This document shows positions 58,737-64,000 of a DNA stretch of 64,000 bases, piece by piece. How positions within the stretch are numbered: position 1 is the first letter of the stretch; every line of letters starts with the position of its first letter. The notes below the pieces were generated by a model, which did not search any database, was not told where the DNA came from, and worked only from the letters and a program-made list of their open reading frames with translations. This DNA comes from Candidatus Nomurabacteria bacterium RIFCSPHIGHO2_01_FULL_37_25 (lineage in GTDB: Bacteria > Patescibacteriota > Minisyncoccia > Phycocordibacterales > UBA9973): the NCBI GenBank assembly GCA_001786765.1, contig MFTH01000008.1, positions 2,939-66,938 on the forward strand, written 5' to 3'. A program made the position numbers and the translations under genes.

Positions 58737-61079
58737 TTACTCAAAATGAAATTCACCGGCTTTTTGGTGAACTTTTTGTTTAAGGAGGGGATAGTTTGAA
58801 AGTTCAGGATTTTCTTCTATCAAACGAATAGCTTCCGCGCGAGCGGCTTCCACCATTTTAATATTTTTAATCGCTTCCATGCCGAGATCAGTGATGCCCC
58901 ATTGTTTTACGCCTCCTAGTTCTCCGGCGCCACGAAGCGACAAATCTAATTCTGCCAATTCAAAACCATTCTTGGCGGTTTTCAATGCTTTCAGGCGAGC
59001 TATCGTTTTTTCACTTTTTGCTTCAGCAAAGATATAGCAATACGCTTGATGTGAGCTTCTGATTACACGTCCGCGCAATTGATGCAGTTGAGCCAGTCCA
59101 AAACGTTCCGCGCCTTCTATTATTATGACTGTGGCATTGGGGACATTTACTCCCACCTCCACCACAGAGGTGGCGCAAAGAATATTTAAATTGCCTTTTA
59201 CAAATTCCTGCATAACTTTTTCTTTTTTTTCCTTGCTCATTTTACTGTGGAGTACACCTATTTCATATTCGTAAAAAATTTCTTTTTTGAGACGTTTAGC
59301 TTCTGAAGTTACCGCTTTCATTTCTAGCGCTCCGAGCCGAGTGTTGCCGGACTCACCACGAAAATTTTCTGCTGAAAATTTTCTCTCTTCGTCGCCGTCG
59401 CTTCTCCGAAGGGTTCGCTCGACAACACTCGGCTCTTCGCCAGCTTCAAAAATTCTCGGACAAATTACATAGAGCTGTCTGCCAGACTTTAATTCTTTTC
59501 GTATTTGTTCATAAGTTTCCTCGCGCTTATCAGGTGTAATAATTTCTGTAATTATTTGTTTTCTGCCGGCCGGCATTTCATCTAGAAGCGACAGGTCCAA
59601 GTCGCCATAAATAGTAAGCGCGAGCGTGCGGGGGATGGGAGTAGCTGTCATAGAAAGCAAATGTGGCGCATTTGTAATTCCTTTTGCGTCTTTTCTCACT
59701 AGTTTTCTTCTTTGGGTTGTGCCAAATCTATGCTGTTCATCAATAACGGCTAATGCTAAATTTTTAAATTTTACAGTTTTTTGAATAAGAGCGTGTGTGC
59801 CTACAAGGATAGATATTTCTCCGTTCATTACCCATTTTAAAAGTTGCGCGCGAGAAATTGTAGTCCAGTTTACTTTACCATCGGGGCTGATTGTTTTTGC
59901 CGGAAATTTTCGACAACCGCTTCCCGTGATGAGTCCTATATTAATCGGCAAATACTGAAAATAATTTATAAAAGATTCAAAATGTTGAGTCGCTAATATT
60001 TCTGTCGGCGCCATATAAGCCACCTGCAGACCTGCTCGCAGTGTAACACTGCTCGTTGCGGGAGGGTTATAATTATTTTTTGCCTGATTTACTACAGCAT
60101 ATGCGGCCGTCGCTGCCACGGCAGTTTTTCCGCTTCCGACATCACCCTCCAATAGTCTAGACATAGGGAAGTTTTTTGCTATATCGTTTAATATTGTTTC
60201 AATTGATTTCGTCTGTGAGTTAGTGGGCTTAAAAGGAAAACGTTTCAAGAATTCTGCCGTATCTTTTCCACTTTGTTTTATTTGGAAAGATTTATTCTTT
60301 CTGTATTCAAATTTATCATGCTGGCGTTCAAGCTGAATGCAAAAAACTTCTTCAAAAGCGAATCTTTTGCGCGCAGACTCCGCATCTTTGGCATTTTTTG
60401 GTTTATGTATCCAGATGAGCGCAGTTTTTAGCGTTGGCAGATGATACTTATCTAGTATTTCTTTTGGTATGTAATCTTCTATCGTATCTAAAAACCGAGC
60501 TTCTTTCCCGCCAGAGGCGGGTCCGCCTTTGGCGGATATAATTTTTAAGATAGTGTGATAAAACCATTTTGAAGTTATTCCTCTGGTTTCAATATAAACA
60601 GGAAAACCAAATACCTCACTCTGTTTTTTCTTGTCAAAATTAAATAAAGAATCATGTATATCAATCGGCATTGAATCAACTTTTTTAAATTCTGGGTTTG
60701 CCAGATATTTGCCTCTTTTACTTTCCATTACTTTACCTGTGAATTCTACAAATTGTCCGGAATGTATCATTTTTGCCATATAAGCCTGATTAAACCAAAA
60801 TACTTTTATTTTTCCGGTTTCGTCTATTACTTCTCCTTCAGCTCTCAAGATTTTACTTTTATATCCTCGCTTTATATCTGGACTCCAAAATTTTCCATAT
60901 ACTGTGGCATATTCTCCTGCCACCAATTGATTTATGGGTTTTATTTCACTGATATGTGAATAGCGGACAGGGAAGTGAAAAAGCAGATCTGCCACAGAGA
61001 AAAGTTTGAGTTTATGTAAAGCTTTTTTCTGATTTTTATCCAAGCGGAATTTTTCTTCGAGTTTGTCGTGAAGTTGCAT
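58737..61079 (-). CDS. recG: ATP-dependent DNA helicase RecG
   Basis: GDVGSGKT, DEQHRFG, TATPIPRT, QLHQLRGRV; three palindromic in-frame inserts. Confidence 0.96.
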   Translation of the reverse strand: MQLHDKLEEKFRLDKNQKKALHKLKLFSVADLLFHFPVRYSHISEIKPINQLVAGEYATVYGKFWSPDIKRGYKSKILRAEGEVIDETGKIKVFWFNQAYMAKMIHSGQFVEFTGKVMESKRGKYLANPEFKKVDSMPIDIHDSLFNFDKKKQSEVFGFPVYIETRGITSKWFYHTILKIISAKGGPASGGKEARFLDTIEDYIPKEILDKYHLPTLKTALIWIHKPKNAKDAESARKRFAFEEVFCIQLERQHDKFEYRKNKSFQIKQSGKDTAEFLKRFPFKPTNSQTKSIETILNDIAKNFPMSRLLEGDVGSGKTAVAATAAYAVVNQAKNNYNPPATSSVTLRAGLQVAYMAPTEILATQHFESFINYFQYLPINIGLITGSGCRKFPAKTISPDGKVNWTTISRAQLLKWVMNGEISILVGTHALIQKTVKFKNLALAVIDEQHRFGTTQRRKLVRKDAKGITNAPHLLSMTATPIPRTLALTIYGDLDLSLLDEMPAGRKQIITEIITPDKREETYEQIRKELKSGRQLYVICPRIFEAGEEPSVVERTLRRSDGDEERKFSAENFRGESGNTRLGALEMKAVTSEAKRLKKEIFYEYEIGVLHSKMSKEKKEKVMQEFVKGNLNILCATSVVEVGVNVPNATVIIIEGAERFGLAQLHQLRGRVIRSSHQAYCYIFAEAKSEKTIARLKALKTAKNGFELAELDLSLRGAGELGGVKQWGITDLGMEAIKNIKMVEAARAEAIRLIEENPELSNYPLLKQKVHQKAGEFHFE

Positions 61080-61116
61080 GTATGAATTATATAACTATTA
61101 TGATATATTACGAATA

Positions 61117-63426
61117 ATGAATATTTCTAAAACTTACAAAGTAAAAGGAATGCACTGCGCTTCGTGCGCAAGTATTATTGAAAGAGCGGTCAAGAAAATC
61201 GATGGAGTAGAAGACATTTCAGTAAACAATGGCACCGAGAACGCAAGAATATCTTTTGATGAAAGTAAGACAAGCCCAGAAGATTTTAATAAGAAGTTAG
61301 AACCATTAGGGTATTCTTTGGTTCATGATGTGACTGAAAATATGACAGCTAGCGAAATGGGTATGTCTGCTAGCGAACATGCGGCGCATCTTGGGCTTAA
61401 TCAATCAAAAAAAGAAAAACTGAAAGAAATAGACGATATGAGAAAAGGAATGTTTGGCGCGCTTCCTGTCGCAGGTACCAGTATTTTTATAATGGGTTGG
61501 GAAATATTTGGACAATACAATCTAGTCGCTCCAATGTCTCATACAATGTATGAATTTTTCCACCACCTTCTGCCAATCTTTGCCACATACATTTTTGTAA
61601 CTATCGGCAAGCCATACTTGCTCGGAGTGTATAGATTTTTTCGTTATGGGAAAGCGAATATGGATACGCTTATCGGACTTGGAACATCAGTCGCCTTTTT
61701 ATACAGTTTTATTGTTACGGCATTTGAAGAAGTTTTGAAACCATATCTGAGCGCGCAATACAATTTTTACGATGTTTCTATTGTGGTGATTACTTTCATT
61801 GCTTTAGGAAAATATTTAGAGGCAAAATCAAAACTAAAAACTGGAGATGCAATTGAAAAACTCTTAGGACTTCAAGTAAAAAATGCTCTTGTCATAAGAG
61901 GTGGAAGAGAAATTGAAATAAAAATTGAAGAAGTAAAGCATGGGGAAATTATCATTGTAAAACCCGGACAAAAAATTCCTGTTGACGGGGTTGTTGTAGA
62001 AGGCTCCTCATATGTTGATGAAGCAATGATCAGTGGCGAACCAATTCCTGTAGAAAAAAGTATCGGTATGCAAGTTGTCGCTGGAACTATCAACACGACA
62101 GGAACTTTTAATTTTAGAGCGACAAAAGTTGGCTCTGAAACTTTGTTATCTCATATTATAAAAATGGTTGAGGACGCGCAAGGTAGCCGTGCCCCGATAC
62201 AAGCCCTTGCGGATAAAATCTCTGCTGTATTTGTGCCGATTGTATTAGTTGTCGCGATCATTTCATTTGGATTGTGGATGTATTTTGGTTTGCCAGTGTT
62301 TGGGTTTTCAAAAGCGCTCTCATTTGCGCTCACTGCGTTTGTAGGAATACTTGTCATTGCTTGTCCTTGCGCTCTCGGTCTCGCTACTCCTACGGCTATT
62401 ATTGTCGGAGTCGGCAAAGGAGCAAGAGAAGGAATATTAGTGAAGGATGCGGCAACGCTTGAGAAATTACACAAGGTGGATGTGGTGGTAGTTGATAAAA
62501 CAGGCACTATAACTCTAGGCAAGCCTACTCTTGTTAATATAGAAAACTTTTCAGAACAAAAAAATGATGAGTTGATATCAATCCTTGCGACGCTTGAGAA
62601 AAAGTCCGAACATCCTATTGCCCATGCAATAGTGAGTTACGCGCAAGGGAAAAATATTAATATAAAAGACATTTCAAACTTTGAAAGTATTAAGGGGAAA
62701 GGATTAAAAGGGTTAATCAATACTACAGAATATTTTGCTGGGAACATAAAGCTTGCGCAGGATCTCGGACTCACATTTGATCATTCAAAATTGGAACAAT
62801 ATACAGTAGAAGGCAAAACTCCCGTTATACTCGCGACAAAAGAAAAAGTGCTGGGTTTTATAATGGTTGCGGACGAAATAAAAACAGAATCAAAAGAAGC
62901 TGTAGAGAATCTACATAGACTTGGAATAAGAGTGGTGATGTTGACCGGAGACAATAAAAACACTGCAGAATATATTGCAAAACTTGCGGGTATAGATGAA
63001 GTTATAGCTCAAGTTTTGCCGGAAGATAAGTTGAAAAAAATAAGTGAATTGCAGAAGGCCGGGCATATAGTGGCAATGACCGGAGACGGGGTGAATGATG
63101 CTCCAGCGCTCGCTCAGGCTGATGTGGGTATTGCTATGGGCACAGGCACGGATGTGGCTATTGAGTCTGCTGGGATCACGCTTCTCCACGGGGATATTTC
63201 AAAACTCGTCAAAGCGATCAAGCTTTCAAAAGTGACTATGCGTGGAATAAAGCAAAATCTCTTCTGGGCATTCTTTTATAATATTGTTGGAATTCCGCTG
63301 GCGGCAGGAGTCTTTTATCCGATTTTTGGCTGGTTGCTCTCGCCTGTTTTTGCCGGTTTTGCAATGGCGATGTCTTCCGTTTCTGTAGTCGGAAATTCAT
63401 TAAGAATTAAAAGTAAGAAATTGTAA
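61117..63426 (+). CDS. copA: Copper/heavy-metal translocating P1B-type ATPase
   Basis: GMHCASC, CPCALG, DKTGT, SEHP, GDGVNDAP, YN..P, MAMSS. Confidence 0.9.
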   Translation: MNISKTYKVKGMHCASCASIIERAVKKIDGVEDISVNNGTENARISFDESKTSPEDFNKKLEPLGYSLVHDVTENMTASEMGMSASEHAAHLGLNQSKKEKLKEIDDMRKGMFGALPVAGTSIFIMGWEIFGQYNLVAPMSHTMYEFFHHLLPIFATYIFVTIGKPYLLGVYRFFRYGKANMDTLIGLGTSVAFLYSFIVTAFEEVLKPYLSAQYNFYDVSIVVITFIALGKYLEAKSKLKTGDAIEKLLGLQVKNALVIRGGREIEIKIEEVKHGEIIIVKPGQKIPVDGVVVEGSSYVDEAMISGEPIPVEKSIGMQVVAGTINTTGTFNFRATKVGSETLLSHIIKMVEDAQGSRAPIQALADKISAVFVPIVLVVAIISFGLWMYFGLPVFGFSKALSFALTAFVGILVIACPCALGLATPTAIIVGVGKGAREGILVKDAATLEKLHKVDVVVVDKTGTITLGKPTLVNIENFSEQKNDELISILATLEKKSEHPIAHAIVSYAQGKNINIKDISNFESIKGKGLKGLINTTEYFAGNIKLAQDLGLTFDHSKLEQYTVEGKTPVILATKEKVLGFIMVADEIKTESKEAVENLHRLGIRVVMLTGDNKNTAEYIAKLAGIDEVIAQVLPEDKLKKISELQKAGHIVAMTGDGVNDAPALAQADVGIAMGTGTDVAIESAGITLLHGDISKLVKAIKLSKVTMRGIKQNLFWAFFYNIVGIPLAAGVFYPIFGWLLSPVFAGFAMAMSSVSVVGNSLRIKSKKL

Positions 63427-63471
63427 AAGGTCGATAGTAAAAATGATTATAATAAGACTAACTCTTAATTT

Positions 63472-64000
63472 ATGTGTTTTTCAGCAACAGCAAGTTTTGT
63501 AGCCGGAGGAGCGCTCACTGCAGTTGGAGTGGCTACAATAAAAAAGACTAAACGAAAAGCGGAGCTACCTTTTGCTACTATTCCACTCTTGTTCGGAATT
63601 CAGCAAATCATTGAAGGAATTGTCTGGATTTCTTTCAGCAATCCCACTCTGAATGTTATCTCGACTTATGCATACTCTATGTTTTCGCACGTATTGTGGC
63701 CGATATTTATTCCTGTAGCTATCTTGCTTTTGGAAAAAGATCCTGCAAGGAAGAAAATTTTGCATGTACTTGCTGGTATTGGTTTGGCGGTGGGAATATT
63801 TCTCTTTTATTTCATTCTAGCGAATGGAGTTACCGCGCGGACTGTGAATAATAGTATTGCATATATTTCCTCGCATTTATATTTACCTTTAATACTGACT
63901 CTCTACGTGCTCGCAACATGTGTAAGTTTTTTTATCTCAAGTAGCAAAACGTTAAATGTTATTGGAATAGTGATGTCTTCATCTTTTTTTATCGCAGGTT
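63472..64000 (+). CDS. Membrane protein (MCFSA-start family), partial
   Basis: MCFSATASF..IPLLFGIQQ..EG..W; runs off the window end. Confidence 0.7.
   Translation, partial: MCFSATASFVAGGALTAVGVATIKKTKRKAELPFATIPLLFGIQQIIEGIVWISFSNPTLNVISTYAYSMFSHVLWPIFIPVAILLLEKDPARKKILHVLAGIGLAVGIFLFYFILANGVTARTVNNSIAYISSHLYLPLILTLYVLATCVSFFISSSKTLNVIGIVMSSSFFIAG

Noticed and set aside
1-64000. Alternative genetic code (TGA=Gly, code 25)
   Set aside because: TGA terminates rpsJ, fusA and rplW at their expected ends, and conserved genes are uninterrupted under code 11.

Overview
AT-rich bacterial chromosome segment using standard code 11 (TGA is used as a stop). It is most consistent with a Patescibacteria/CPR Parcubacteria genome, an inference from the absence of rpmD from the spc cluster and of rplA after rplK, the pilMNO genes and a tRNA-Ile(UAU). 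It carries secE-nusG-rplK, the str/S10/spc ribosomal cluster through secY-adk-map, infC-rpmI-rplT, tmRNA-smpB, ftsH, recG, nucleotide-metabolism genes, two P-type ATPases and three tRNAs. The main unexplained signal is a family of seven elements with terminal inverted repeats (ATCCCGTTAGA...TCTAACGGGAT). Each sits exactly on the start codon of a gene (rplC, rplD, rpsS, rplV, rplE, an MBL hydrolase, ftsH) with the ATG context duplicated. Six copies are about 122 bp; the seventh (280 bp) carries a complete GIY-YIG nuclease gene whose stop codon lies in the right repeat. Also present are several other palindromic repeat families (some in-frame inside conserved proteins), three HicBA-like modules inside the ribosomal cluster (one bracketed by a 71-bp duplication of the rplB 3' end), an unannotated eL41/bS22-like basic ORF and a 6S-like ncRNA candidate. 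All calls come from reading the sequence; no searches were run.
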